Notes: generated from the sequence alone by a model not told the origin. Positions 32,451-42,601 are shown, counted from the first letter of the stretch. The stretch is 64,000 nt of DNA from an uncultured delta proteobacterium (GCA_963814585.1 CAWFDF010000011.1:192001-256000); one strand, 5' to 3'. Numbers and translations: made by a program.

Positions 32451-33644
32451 CTAACCCTTCCCGGGCATGGCGTCGCCTGGGAGCTTCGGCTCCCCGGACG
32501 GCGGCTCCTCGGGCGGGCCCTCGCGCAGCGCCTGCTTCATCCGGTCGAGGGAGGCCTGGGTCTCGGCCACGAAGCGGTTGTCCTCCACCCGGGCCCGGCC
32601 GGCCACGGCCAGCGTCTGCTCGTAGATGGCGATGGCCTTGGTCACCAGCACGCGGACCTTGCGCTTCAGCTCGATCCGGTAGGCCTCGGCCTGCTCGGCG
32701 TCCAGCCCGGGCGGCGGGGGCGCCTCGACCAGGGCGGCGTGGAGCGCGTCGTAGAGCTCGCCAATCCGGTAGCCGGAGGCCACGGCCCAGTCCCCGTTGC
32801 CCATGCGGATGGCGCGCAGGTAGTGGCCCTGCGCCGAGAGCAGCAGCGAGGCCTTGGTCTCGAGGTCATGCGCCAGCCGCGCCTCGTCGTCCCTGGAGGG
32901 GTCGAGCCGGACCGCGAGGAAGCGGGCCCGCTCGACCTCGCCCAGGTAGTACTGCGCCTGGGAGGGGTGATAGTCGTCGAGCCGCTCCTGCTCGCTCCCG
33001 GACCTCCACGCCGAGACCGCCAGCCGGAGGTGCTTCTCCGCGTCGTCGAGGCGTCCGCGCTCGAGCTCGACGATGCCGAGCTGGGTGAGGGCGCGGACGT
33101 GCTCGCCGGGAGGCAGGTCGTCACGGGTCGCCAGCCGGGTCAGCACCGCGGCGGCCTCCGCCAGCTCGTCGAGGTGGTAGTGGCACTCGGCGACGCGGAA
33201 GGAGGCCTCCCAGGCGCCGGGTCCGGTGGACCGCCGCTCCAGGGCCTGGAACCGCTCCAGCGCCTGCCGCCACTGCTCCAGCCGTTCGTGGGCCATGCCG
33301 CCGTCGAGGAGCGCGGTGACCACGTGCCTGGAGGCGGGGTGGAGGTCTACGAGGCGATCGAAGGCCGCGGCGGCCCGCCCGAACTCGCCGGCCGCCAGGG
33401 CGGCCCGCCCGATGGCGAAGAGCTCCTCGTCGTTCTTCCCGGCCAGCTCGAGGTCGACGGGCGTCACCTCGATCGGCTGCGGCTCGAAGGAGAGCTGGGT
33501 CGGGCCTGCCGGCGCCATGGCCGGGGAGCCGTCCGTGGCCGGGCAGGTCGGACAGGTCGAGGTCGCGGCCGGCCGGGAGGTGGCGCAGCCGGCCAGCAGC
33601 ACCAGCACGAGGAGGGCCGGGGAGCCGGGTCGAGAGGGAGGCAT
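32451..33644 (-). CDS. TPR-repeat lipoprotein
   Basis: Lipobox LLAGC; repeated TPR-like helices. Confidence 0.78.
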   Translation of the reverse strand: MPPSRPGSPALLVLVLLAGCATSRPAATSTCPTCPATDGSPAMAPAGPTQLSFEPQPIEVTPVDLELAGKNDEELFAIGRAALAAGEFGRAAAAFDRLVDLHPASRHVVTALLDGGMAHERLEQWRQALERFQALERRSTGPGAWEASFRVAECHYHLDELAEAAAVLTRLATRDDLPPGEHVRALTQLGIVELERGRLDDAEKHLRLAVSAWRSGSEQERLDDYHPSQAQYYLGEVERARFLAVRLDPSRDDEARLAHDLETKASLLLSAQGHYLRAIRMGNGDWAVASGYRIGELYDALHAALVEAPPPPGLDAEQAEAYRIELKRKVRVLVTKAIAIYEQTLAVAGRARVEDNRFVAETQASLDRMKQALREGPPEEPPSGEPKLPGDAMPGKG

Positions 33645-33733
33645 GGCTGGCACCCGGGAGGTCATACCGCGACCGGGCCACCGGCGTGGAGGGGGCGCCG
33701 GGGCGGGGCCTGCGGGGCAGCCTGGGAGGTCCT

Positions 33734-34855
33734 CTAGCCTCGCAGCCGCTCGGCCAGCGCGGCCAGGCCCACCAGGTCGTGGACGTCCACCTCGAGGCGC
33801 GGGACCACCGCGTGGGCGTCGGGCGCGACCGCCAGCAGCCTGGCCACCGCGGCGGCGTCGGCGCTGGCCATCCGCTCGTGCTCCTCCAGGGCCAGCGCCA
33901 GGCCGGGTGCCAGCCCGGCGTCGGCCTCGCCGAGCGCCGCGGCCAGCTCCGTCACGGTCGGCCGCGGCCGGCCGGCCGGCCAGAGGGACGCCGTCACCCG
34001 GTTGGCGACCGCGCCGGCGATGGGCATGCCCTCGGCCACCAGCCGATCATGGAGCGAGCGCGCCTCGGCGACGGCCCGCGTGCTCGGGCTGGCCACCAGC
34101 AGGAAGCCGGTGGTGGGTCTCGCCAGCAGCTCGTGGACGGCCGCGGCCCGCGCCTTGAAGCCCTCGTACATGCCCTGGAAGCTCCCCAGGAAGTCGCCGA
34201 GGTCGTGGAGCAGCTGCGCCCCGGTGAAGCGCGCCAGGGTCTTCACCACGAAGCTGCCCCCCAGCTGCGCCAGCCGGAAGCCCAGCCGCGCCCCGCGCGC
34301 CGGCGAGAGCAGCAGCGGCGCCTGGTCGTCTCCGAGGAAGTCGAGGATCCGGTCGGGCGCGTCGAGGAAGTCGAGCGCGTTGGCGGTGGGGGGCGTGTCG
34401 AGGACGATGAGGTCGTAGTCGCGGTCGGTGGCCAGCTCGTAGAGCTTCTCGGTGGCCATGTACTCCTGCGAGCCGGCCAGCGCCGCCGACATCTGCTGGT
34501 AGAGCCGGTTGCGCAGGATGCGGTCACGCCGCTCGGCGGTGGGGGCGTGGCGCGTCACCAGGTCGTCCCAGGTCCGCTTCACGTCGAGCATCATGGCGAA
34601 GAGCTGGCCTCGCGGCTCCAGCCCGGCCGCCGCGAAGGCCTGGTCCGGCACGCGGGTCTCGGCGTTGCCGAGCGCGCCGAGGCCCAGCGCGGAGGCGAGG
34701 CGCCGCGCCGGATCGATGGTGCAGACCAGCACCTTGCCACCGTCCAGGGCGCGGGCCAGCCCCAGCGCCGCGGCCACCGAGGTCTTGCCGACGCCGCCGG
34801 CGCCGACGCAGACCAGGACCCGCCGGCCGGTGATGGCGGCGCTCAGCCCAGCCAC
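33734..34855 (-). CDS. ArsA/Get3-family ATPase (second of pair)
   Basis: GAGGVGKT, TIDPARRLA, GSQEYMA, LDTPPT. Confidence 0.9.
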   Translation of the reverse strand: MAGLSAAITGRRVLVCVGAGGVGKTSVAAALGLARALDGGKVLVCTIDPARRLASALGLGALGNAETRVPDQAFAAAGLEPRGQLFAMMLDVKRTWDDLVTRHAPTAERRDRILRNRLYQQMSAALAGSQEYMATEKLYELATDRDYDLIVLDTPPTANALDFLDAPDRILDFLGDDQAPLLLSPARGARLGFRLAQLGGSFVVKTLARFTGAQLLHDLGDFLGSFQGMYEGFKARAAAVHELLARPTTGFLLVASPSTRAVAEARSLHDRLVAEGMPIAGAVANRVTASLWPAGRPRPTVTELAAALGEADAGLAPGLALALEEHERMASADAAAVARLLAVAPDAHAVVPRLEVDVHDLVGLAALAERLRG

Positions 34856-35799
34856 GGCGCTCGCTCCTTCCCGCCCTCGAGCGCGTCGGCGATCCGCTCC
34901 ACCTCGGTGGCGCCCCAGCCGACCGCCGCCACCAGCGGCAGGAGCGCCGTGGGGATGGGCAGCGCCGCCCGCAGCCGGGCCAGCTCGCGAGCCGCCGCCT
35001 GGGTCCGCACCGCGTGCAGGTGCGCCGCGGTCGCCGCCGGTCCCACCGGCTCCGGCGTGGAGGCGAGCGGGGCGAGCCGGGCCGACTGCGCCGCCGTGAA
35101 CTGCGGCTCGGGCATGGCGTTCACCAGCACCGCCGCCGGCGTGAGGCCGACCCGCTCCCGCAGCTGGGCGTCGAGCTCGATGGCCTCGGTGACCGGCATC
35201 TCCTCCGGCAGCGTGACGAGCACGGCGGTGGTGCGGGCCGGATCGACCAGCCAGGCCTGCATCCAATGGGCGTCGGCGCGGAGCGGCCCGGGCGGCACCA
35301 TGCCCAGCATGGCGCCGGGGACGCGCAGCAGCTGCACGGCGTGGCCGGTGGAGGGGGCGTCGATGATCACCTGGTCCCAGCGTGGCCGCCCACGCTCCTC
35401 GGCGCGCGCCTCGTGGAGGATCTTCCCGAGCATGACCAGCTCGCCGAGGCCGGGCACCACCCGCAGGAAGTGGCGCACCACCCGGTTCTCGAAGACGGCG
35501 TCGTAGAGCGCCCGGATTCTCACCACCTGCAGGCCGTACTCGCGCAGCGCGGCCGGCGGCGTCACGTCGACGGTGAAGATCCCGGGGCGCGCCTCCCGGA
35601 TGGTGGCGCCGGCCGGGGGGGCGCCGAGCAGCGGGGCCACCCGCTCCGCGGCGTTCACCTCGGCCACCAGCACCCGCTTGCCGGCGCGCGCCGCCAGCAA
35701 CGCCAGCGCGGCGGCGACCGTCGACTTGCCGGTACCACCCTTTCCGGTGACGACGACCAGGCGGCGGTCGAGGAGGTGGGCGGGTGCCACGCTTGACAA
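34843..35799 (-). CDS. ArsA/Get3-family ATPase (first of pair)
   Basis: GKGGTGKST, DAPSTGH, VTLPEEMPVTE. Confidence 0.9.
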   Translation of the reverse strand: MSSVAPAHLLDRRLVVVTGKGGTGKSTVAAALALLAARAGKRVLVAEVNAAERVAPLLGAPPAGATIREARPGIFTVDVTPPAALREYGLQVVRIRALYDAVFENRVVRHFLRVVPGLGELVMLGKILHEARAEERGRPRWDQVIIDAPSTGHAVQLLRVPGAMLGMVPPGPLRADAHWMQAWLVDPARTTAVLVTLPEEMPVTEAIELDAQLRERVGLTPAAVLVNAMPEPQFTAAQSARLAPLASTPEPVGPAATAAHLHAVRTQAAARELARLRAALPIPTALLPLVAAVGWGATEVERIADALEGGKERAPWLG

Positions 35800-35828
35800 G
35801 CTAGTGAGGGGAAGGGGACAAGTCCACC

Positions 35829-36173
35829 ATGCTCTTCGACGACGTGCTGAAGCACCCCGCCGTGAAGCAGGTGATCGCCTCGGGCGAGGAGCGGGCCACC
35901 CAGGTGGTGAGCAAGCTGCTCACCGACGAGCGGGTCACCCAGGGGTTGCAGGAGCTGCTGGCCGCCGCCGCCGCCGCGCGCGCCACCATCGAGTCGGGGT
36001 TCCAGGCGGCGATGCATGCCGCCAACCTCCCCACCGCGGAGGAGCTGCGGACCATGCGCCAGCGCCTGAGCGAGCTGGAGGCCCAGGTGGAGGCGCTCGA
36101 CAGCCGACTGAAGCAGGCCGAGGCGGCCGCCCCGGAGGCGCCCTCCGCGCCGCCGGAGACGTCGGAGCCGTAG
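35829..36173 (+). CDS. Small coiled-coil hypothetical protein (phasin/PhaE C-terminus-like)
   Basis: NLPTAEEL followed by the heptad LSELEAQVEALDSRL. Confidence 0.65.
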   Translation: MLFDDVLKHPAVKQVIASGEERATQVVSKLLTDERVTQGLQELLAAAAAARATIESGFQAAMHAANLPTAEELRTMRQRLSELEAQVEALDSRLKQAEAAAPEAPSAPPETSEP

Positions 36174-36233
36174 GAGCCGTCGCAGGAGCCCGGCGCGTCC
36201 GGAACGGTCGGTGCTGGCCGGCAGAGCCCTGAG

Positions 36234-36830
36234 CTAGGAACGGTCCTGCTCGTCGAGCTTCTTCTCCATCGACTCGATGCGCCGGGCGATGTCATCGAGC
36301 TGCCGCTTGAACTCGGGGAGGTTGTGGATGCCCTCGGCCGCGGAGCGGATGCGCTCGTCGAGCCTCTTCTGCAGCCCGGCCAGGGCCTCCTGCGAGGCGC
36401 TCACCAGCTCGCGGGCCTTCTCGCCGGTCTGCTGGCCACGCGCCACCAGGCTCTGGACGCGCTGCTCGGCGGCTTGACGGACCGCGTCGACGCGCTCGCG
36501 CAGGTCGCCCCCGGCGCCGCCCACCATCTGCTGGGCCACCTCGCTGCCCTGCCGGATCAGCCCGAGCAGCGTCTTCATGCTGGTGCGGGCGCTCTTCTTC
36601 TCCTCCTCGAAGATGATCTGGGCCAGCGTGACGGCGGTGAGGTCGTCCTTGGTCCGGTTGTCGATCACCTTCACCTCGCCGCCCGCCTTGATCATCTCTG
36701 CGATCTCGTCGAGGGTCACGTACCGGGACTCCACGGTGTCGTAGAGCTTGCGGTTGGTGTACCGCTTGATCACCTTCGGCGCGGTGCCGGAGGGCGAGGG
36801 TTCGGCGGCGGTCTCCAACTCGTCGGTCAT
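36234..36830 (-). CDS. PHA-synthesis-regulator (PhaR-type) DNA-binding domain protein
   Basis: KVIKRYTNRKLYDTVESRYVTLDEIAEMIKAGGEVKVIDNRTKDDLT; upstream TTGACA-N17-AACAAT on the minus strand (36872-36900). Confidence 0.88.
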   Translation of the reverse strand: MTDELETAAEPSPSGTAPKVIKRYTNRKLYDTVESRYVTLDEIAEMIKAGGEVKVIDNRTKDDLTAVTLAQIIFEEEKKSARTSMKTLLGLIRQGSEVAQQMVGGAGGDLRERVDAVRQAAEQRVQSLVARGQQTGEKARELVSASQEALAGLQKRLDERIRSAAEGIHNLPEFKRQLDDIARRIESMEKKLDEQDRS

Positions 36831-36942
36831 CACTACCCCCGGAAGGAATCCAAGTGCCTGCAACGCCAGGGATTGTTCTGGTGATGGCGCTTGGTGTCAA
36901 GCGTTTCGCGGTGTAGGCTCGAGCCAACCAAACGGTTCCGCA

Positions 36943-38412
36943 ATGATCGTCGTCTGCACCGGCTGCTCCGCCAAGTTCCGCGTCGCCGACGAGAAGGTCG
37001 GCCCGAGCGGCGCCAAGCTGCGCTGCTCCAGGTGCCGGACCGTCTTCAGGGTCCAGCGCCCGGTCGAGGTGCCCGCGCCGGCGGCGCCGGAGGTCGGCGA
37101 GGACCCCTTCCCGCCGGAACCGGACGTCCCGCTCCGCGCCACGCCGCCACCACTCCCCCGCCGCGCCACCACGCTCGACGCCCGGGCCGCCTTCGAGGTG
37201 GACCTGGAGCCGAACCTGGGCGCGGCGCCCGCTCCCACCGATCCGTTCGGCGCTCCGGTTGGCGCCGGGGCCGGCGAGGCCGGCAAGGCCTCGTCCCGGG
37301 ATCGAGCGCTGCAGGACGATCCGTTCGCCGCCGAGGCCGCCCTGGACTTCGAGGTGCCACCGCCGGCCGCCCTGGCGCCATCGGCCGTCCATGGAGCCGA
37401 CCTGGATCCCTTCGCCTCGCCCGGCCCGGCCGGGGCCGATCCGCTCGAGGGGTTCGGGGCGCCGGCGCCGGCCGCGACGGCGTTTCCGGTCGGGCCGGGC
37501 GCCGGCAACCTGCTCTCCCTCGAGGAGTTGACCACGCCGCCGGCCCGGCGGCTGTCGGTGTCGATCGGGCCGCCGCCCATGGCGGTGCTGGGAGCGACCG
37601 AGGATCCCTTCGCCGGCGTGGCGCCCCTCGAGGCCGGCCTCTCGGACCTGGACGACGGCGTGCTCGCCAGGGCCGTGCCCGCCAGCGGAGCTTCCCCCCG
37701 GCCGCCGGCGCCGCTGCGAGCCGAGCCGGACCTCGAGCCGCCACTCCAGCTCGATCCCTTTGGCGCCGCGGCCGTGGCCGCCGATCCCCTGGCGGTGGAC
37801 GAGCCTCGGCGGGCGGGGTCGCTGCCACCGGCCGAGCCGACCGGAGCGCTGCGGGTGGAGGTCCATGCCCTCCGGTTCCGCGAGGTGATGGTGAGCGCCA
37901 TGGCGCTGGCGGCGCTGCTGCTGCTGGCCCTGGCCATCCTGGTGGTCTGGCGCGGCGGCCTCTCGCCGGCCGAGGCCTTCCGCCCTTCGGCCATCCTCGC
38001 CGCGCTGGCGCCCCGGCCACCGGCGGGATTGCTCGTGGTCACCGGCGTGACCAGCGGGCTCTACGAACGGGCACGAGGGGCGCCGCTCCTCTTCGTCCGG
38101 GGCACGGTGCGCTCCACGGCGTCGACGCCGCTCGAGGGCGTACGGGTGGTCGTCGAGGTGGTGCGCGATGGCGCCGTGCTGGCCCGCGGCGACGTTCCGG
38201 CGGGCGCGGTGCCCGGTCCCGAGGCCCTGCACGGCGCGGTCGACGCGGCCGCGCTCTCCGAGGCCTACGCCGCGGTGGCCGCGGCCGGGCGGGCGCCGCT
38301 GGCTCCGGGGGCCTCGGCCCCCTTCCTGGCGGCCTTCGCCGACGCCCCGGCCGGCCTGGCCGGCGCGGCGCTCCGGGTCCGTCCGGTGGCGGGCGGGGCG
38401 CCGGGCCCGTGA
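36943..38412 (+). CDS. MJ0042-type zinc-ribbon protein with disordered linker, TM and DUF3426-like C-terminus
   Basis: MIVVCTGCSAKFRV...LRCSRCRTVF; Pro/Ala/Asp linker; single TM. Confidence 0.8.
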   Translation: MIVVCTGCSAKFRVADEKVGPSGAKLRCSRCRTVFRVQRPVEVPAPAAPEVGEDPFPPEPDVPLRATPPPLPRRATTLDARAAFEVDLEPNLGAAPAPTDPFGAPVGAGAGEAGKASSRDRALQDDPFAAEAALDFEVPPPAALAPSAVHGADLDPFASPGPAGADPLEGFGAPAPAATAFPVGPGAGNLLSLEELTTPPARRLSVSIGPPPMAVLGATEDPFAGVAPLEAGLSDLDDGVLARAVPASGASPRPPAPLRAEPDLEPPLQLDPFGAAAVAADPLAVDEPRRAGSLPPAEPTGALRVEVHALRFREVMVSAMALAALLLLALAILVVWRGGLSPAEAFRPSAILAALAPRPPAGLLVVTGVTSGLYERARGAPLLFVRGTVRSTASTPLEGVRVVVEVVRDGAVLARGDVPAGAVPGPEALHGAVDAAALSEAYAAVAAAGRAPLAPGASAPFLAAFADAPAGLAGAALRVRPVAGGAPGP

Positions 38413-39176
38413 GCTCCCCGTCCGTGGACGGGACCGTGGCGCTGGTGAAGGCGCTCACCGGCAGGCTGGCGGCGCTCGAGGAGGGACCGGCACGCTCGGG
38501 CGCGGCGGCGCGGGCCCTGGCCGGCATGCCCGCCGAGGCCGCGGTCCGGGTGGTGGCGGCGCTGGCGCGGAGCGCCCGGGCGGAGGCGCGGGCCGCCATG
38601 GCGGCGGTGGGCCAGGCGCTGGTCGGGCCCGACGCCGCGCTCCTCTACGAGCACCTCGCCGAGGTCTACGCGGTCGCCACCGAGCAGGACCTCCTGGAGG
38701 TCTCCAGCCTGCTGGTCTCCCCTCCGGCGCACCAGGCCTGGGTGCCGCCGCGCGACAAGGGAGACTCGCGGCTCGCTCCCCTGACGCTCGGTCACAAGAA
38801 GACCCTGGCCCGCTCCCACCGCGACCCCGACCTGCTGGCCCGCCTGGCCGCCGAGGGAGAGCCGTCGGTGGTGCGGGAGCTGCTGCGAAACCCGCTCCTC
38901 ACCGAGCCCTTCGCGGTCCGGATCGCGGCCCGGCGTCCCATGCGTCCTGAGACGCTGAGGCTGCTGGCCGAGTCGCGCCGCTGGCGGACCCGTCCGGCGG
39001 TGATGTTGGCGCTGGTGCGGAACCCGTACGCCGAGCCGGCGGTGGCGCTCAAGCTGGTCGCGGTGCTGCCGGCCGCCGAACTGGCCGAGGTGGGACGCGA
39101 CGCCACCGTCCACCCCCTGCTGAGGGCCACCGCGGCCCGCCTGGCCAGGGCCAAGTCCGGGGCCCGGGACGGATAG
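38409..39176 (+). CDS. Hypothetical helical-repeat protein
   Basis: GTGA overlap with the upstream gene; LTLGHKKTLAR...VVRELLRNP...LALVRNPY repeats. Confidence 0.7.
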   Translation: MSSPSVDGTVALVKALTGRLAALEEGPARSGAAARALAGMPAEAAVRVVAALARSARAEARAAMAAVGQALVGPDAALLYEHLAEVYAVATEQDLLEVSSLLVSPPAHQAWVPPRDKGDSRLAPLTLGHKKTLARSHRDPDLLARLAAEGEPSVVRELLRNPLLTEPFAVRIAARRPMRPETLRLLAESRRWRTRPAVMLALVRNPYAEPAVALKLVAVLPAAELAEVGRDATVHPLLRATAARLARAKSGARDG

Positions 39177-39281
39177 CGCCGCTCCGCGGATCACCAGCAC
39201 GCCTCCGCTGCCGGGTCGCGGGTGTCCCGCGCGGTGCTCGGCCTCACCCGCCCGGCGACGGCCGGGGTCAGGGGATGCGCT

Positions 39282-39476
39282 CTACCGGGGCGGCTCGCCC
39301 GACGCGCCAGGCGCCGCCGGCTTCTTCGGCGTCACGTCGATGGCGGGATCCTCGTTCACGCTCTTCTTGAAGTTCCGGATCGCCTTGCCGAGCCCGTCAC
39401 CCAGGGCCGGGATCTTGTTGGCCCCGAAGACCAGCAAGACGACGATCATGACGACGACCAGTTCACCCGTTCCCAT
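39282..39476 (-). CDS. tatA: Twin-arginine translocase TatA/E
   Basis: [37 protein letters not shown]. Confidence 0.93.
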   Translation of the reverse strand: MGTGELVVVMIVVLLVFGANKIPALGDGLGKAIRNFKKSVNEDPAIDVTPKKPAAPGASGEPPR

Positions 39477-39577
39477 GGTTCACTCCCACCCATCGTGGCC
39501 ACGCCGGTGGCTCGCGGCGCGGTAGCATAGTCGCGCGCCCCCGCGGGCGCCAGACGCCACCTTCGCCCACCGGAGCC

Positions 39578-40363
39578 ATGACCCTCCCGTTCGTTCCCGC
39601 CCCGCGCCGCGCCGGCCGGCTCCTGGTGCTCGGCCACCGGGGCTCGTCGGCGAGCGCGCCGGAGAACACGCTGGCCGCCTTCGCGCAGGCCTGGGCCGAC
39701 GGCGCCGACGGCGTCGAGCTGGACGCCTGGCGGTGCGCCACCGGCGAGGTGGTGGTGATCCACGACGAGGAGACGACCAGGACCTGCGGCGAGCGGCTCT
39801 CCGTGCCGGAGGCGCCGCTGGCGGCGCTGCGGCGGCTCGACGCCGGGAGCTGGAAGGGGGCGCGCTTCCGCGGCGAGCGGATCCCGCTGCTCGGCGAGGT
39901 CCTCGAGGCCCTCCCCGGCGCCGTCGTCAACGTCGAGCTGAAGGCGCGCGCCGGCCGTCCGGACCGGGCGCTGGCCGCCGCGGTGGCGGTCAGCATCGCC
40001 GGCGCCGGCGCCGGGGACCGGGTCATCGTCTCCTCCTTCGACTTCGGGCTGCTGCGGGCGTTCCGCGCCGCGGCGCCCCGGGTGGCCACCGGGCTCCTCT
40101 TCGAGGCCTCGTGGCACCTGCGGCTCCGCATCCCGCTGGCGGCGGCCTGGCTGCGACCGTCGACGCTGCACCCGCACCTCGGGCTCTGCACGCCGGTGCG
40201 GCTGGCGGGGTGGCGCGCCGGAGGCAGGGCGGTGATCGCCTGGACCGTCGACGACCCGGCCGAGGTGGGCCGGCTGGCGCGGGCGGGCGTGGCCGGGCTG
40301 GTCAGCAACGACCCGGGGGCCGCGCGCCGCGCCATCGAGACGGCGCTGGGCCGCGCTGGCTAG
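39578..40363 (+). CDS. Glycerophosphodiester phosphodiesterase
   Basis: GHRG, PENTLAAF, ELD, VIHD, NVELK, WTVDD. Confidence 0.92.
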   Translation: MTLPFVPAPRRAGRLLVLGHRGSSASAPENTLAAFAQAWADGADGVELDAWRCATGEVVVIHDEETTRTCGERLSVPEAPLAALRRLDAGSWKGARFRGERIPLLGEVLEALPGAVVNVELKARAGRPDRALAAAVAVSIAGAGAGDRVIVSSFDFGLLRAFRAAAPRVATGLLFEASWHLRLRIPLAAAWLRPSTLHPHLGLCTPVRLAGWRAGGRAVIAWTVDDPAEVGRLARAGVAGLVSNDPGAARRAIETALGRAG

Positions 40364-41361
40364 AACTCGAACCCGAACTTGAAGGCGCCGGCCAGCGACG
40401 ACTCGAGGCGGTAGGCCGGGTAGTCGGCGCTGGCCTCGTAGCTGCCGCCACCGAACCAGGTGCCCTCGATGGCCATGGTGACCGCGGCGGCCGTCATGCG
40501 CAGGCCGAGGGTGGTCCGGTAGAGGTTGCGGGTGAGCGAGGGGAACTCGGCGGCCGCGGCGACCACCAGGGCTGGCGGGGCCGGGGCGGGGAGGCCGCTG
40601 GCGTCGTAGTCGGGAGCGTAGCCGATGGGGTCGCTGCTGGCCTTCACCCGGAGCAGGCGGAAGGCCAGGTAGGGCGTCAGGCTGGTCACGGCGTTGACGC
40701 CGAACCGCTTCGACGTCACCAGCGTGAGATCGGTGCTGGAGAGGTTGAGGTCCTTCTGGCCGAGGAAGATGGTGTGGGCGGCCATCACCGCCACGTCCGG
40801 GATCTTCGCGTACCCCTCCTGGATGGCCCACTTCAAGGTGAGCTGGGCCGCCGCGTAGCTCGACTGGGAGATGTGGAGGATCCTCCCGCCCAGCTCCAGG
40901 CTGTAGGGGAGCGACTTGCGCACGTGGAAGGAGGGGACGACGAGCTGGGCCGGCGTCTTGGTCCGCGTCGGCCAGTAGTTGCGGGGGAAGGCTGGCGTGG
41001 CCGGAGCCGCCGGGAACGGCGGAGCGGTTCCCACCACCTCCTTGTGGACCTGCGTGTAGGCGACCTCCAGGTCGAACGCGAAGCCGGAGTGGCCGACGGT
41101 GGCGGCCGGCTGGAGCAGCGCCGAGGAGAGCGAGAGCGCCAGCTCGGAGCTGAGCATGGCGAAGCGCATGCGGGCGTCGGAGGCCAGCGCCTCGTCCTCC
41201 GGGGTGGTGGCGCAGGGCAGGCTGCTGCAGTGGGTCAGCGCCCACACGTAGGCGCTGGGCGGGCCGAGCCGGGTGATGTCCATGTCGAGCGGCTCGCCGG
41301 CCCGGGCCGGAGGCGCGGCGAGGGCGAGGACGGCGGCGAGGAGCGCCAGCGGACGACGCAT
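40360..41361 (-). CDS. Putative outer-membrane beta-barrel protein
   Basis: Signal peptide; alternating beta pattern; C-terminal FKFGFEF. Confidence 0.7.
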   Translation of the reverse strand: MRRPLALLAAVLALAAPPARAGEPLDMDITRLGPPSAYVWALTHCSSLPCATTPEDEALASDARMRFAMLSSELALSLSSALLQPAATVGHSGFAFDLEVAYTQVHKEVVGTAPPFPAAPATPAFPRNYWPTRTKTPAQLVVPSFHVRKSLPYSLELGGRILHISQSSYAAAQLTLKWAIQEGYAKIPDVAVMAAHTIFLGQKDLNLSSTDLTLVTSKRFGVNAVTSLTPYLAFRLLRVKASSDPIGYAPDYDASGLPAPAPPALVVAAAAEFPSLTRNLYRTTLGLRMTAAAVTMAIEGTWFGGGSYEASADYPAYRLESSLAGAFKFGFEF

Positions 41362-41442
41362 GCAACCTCCAGGGGGGAGACGAAACGAGGTTACAGCCCC
41401 GATTTCGCGGGTGTCAACGAATGGGGCGGGAGCGCGGGCGGG

Positions 41443-42495
41443 TCAGCGCGCCGCCAGGACCGCGCGCAGGTCGGCGGCGAAGGCCTCGAGGTCCGCGTCG
41501 GAGGTGTCCCAGGCGGTCATGAGGCGCGACCCGGCGCCGGCGATGAAGTCGTAGAAGCGCCAGCCGCGGGCCCGCATGGCGTCGGCCACGCCGGCGGGCA
41601 GGTCGACGAAGACCCCGTTGGCCTGGGGTGGGCGCAGCGGCGTGGCGCCGGGGATGGCGGCGAGGAGCCGGTGGAGCCGGCGGGCCTGGGCGTTGGCGTG
41701 GGCGGCGTGCCGGAGCCAGGCCCCGTCCCGGAGCATCCCCACCCACGGGGCGGCCAGGAAGCGCATCTTGGAGGCGAGCTGGCCGGCCTGCTTGCAGCGG
41801 TAGGCGAACTCGTCCGAGAGCGTCCGGTCGAAGAAGACCACCGCCTCGCCGACCGCCATGCCGTTCTTGGTGCCGCCGAAGCAGAGGACGTCGACGCCGG
41901 CGCGCCAGGTGACGTCGGCCGGGTGGCAGCCCAGCGAGGCGACGGCGTTGGAGAAGCGGGCGCCGTCCATGTGCACCTTGAGCCCGAGCTCGCGGGCGGT
42001 GGCGCCGACGGCGCGCAGCTCGTCGGGGGTGTAGACGCTCCCTTGCTCGGTGGCCTGGGTGACGCTCACCACCCTGGGCTTCGGGTAGTGGATGTCCGAG
42101 CGCTTCTCGACGAGGTGGCGGACGCCGGCGGGCGTCACCTTCCCCTCGGGGCCGGCCATGGTGAGGACCTTGGTGCCGTTGGAGAAGAACTCGGGGGCCC
42201 CGCACTCGTCGGTCTCGACGTGGGCCGTCTCGTGGCAGAGCACCGAGTGGTAGCTGCGGGTCAGCGAGGCCAGGGCCAGCGAGTTGGCGGCGGTCCCGTT
42301 GAAGACGAAGTAGACGTCGCAGTCGGTCTGGAAGACGCGGCGCAGCAGGTCGGCGGCCTCGGTGGTCCAGCGGTCGTCGCCGTAGCCGGGGGCGTGCCCC
42401 GTGTTGGCCTCCTGGATGGCGGCGAGGGCTTCGGGGCAGATGCCGGCGTAGTTGTCGGAGGCGAGCTGCCGGGCGGCGGGCGGGACGGGGGGCAT
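41443..42495 (-). CDS. ltaE: Low-specificity L-threonine aldolase
   Basis: ASDNY, NGTAAN, HMDGARF, GGTKNG, GQLASKMRF. Confidence 0.92.
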   Translation of the reverse strand: MPPVPPAARQLASDNYAGICPEALAAIQEANTGHAPGYGDDRWTTEAADLLRRVFQTDCDVYFVFNGTAANSLALASLTRSYHSVLCHETAHVETDECGAPEFFSNGTKVLTMAGPEGKVTPAGVRHLVEKRSDIHYPKPRVVSVTQATEQGSVYTPDELRAVGATARELGLKVHMDGARFSNAVASLGCHPADVTWRAGVDVLCFGGTKNGMAVGEAVVFFDRTLSDEFAYRCKQAGQLASKMRFLAAPWVGMLRDGAWLRHAAHANAQARRLHRLLAAIPGATPLRPPQANGVFVDLPAGVADAMRARGWRFYDFIAGAGSRLMTAWDTSDADLEAFAADLRAVLAAR

Positions 42496-42558
42496 GGAGG
42501 GGCGGGGTACCATGCGAGCGGATGGGAGTCCACGATGACGGATGCAGTTCGATGGTGG

Positions 42559-42601
42559 TTGACCTCCGCCCGGTCCACGTGTAATGGGATTAAGTCTCAA
42601 T
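42559..42601 (+). promoter_or_regulatory. sigma70-like promoter with overlapping Fur-box-like site
   Basis: TTGACC-N17-TAATGG; 19-bp AATGGGATTAAGTCTCAAT (42583-42601). Confidence 0.55.

Noticed and set aside
33734..35799. Arsenic resistance operon
   Set aside because: No arsB/acr3, arsC, arsD or arsR nearby, and the ATPases are single-domain
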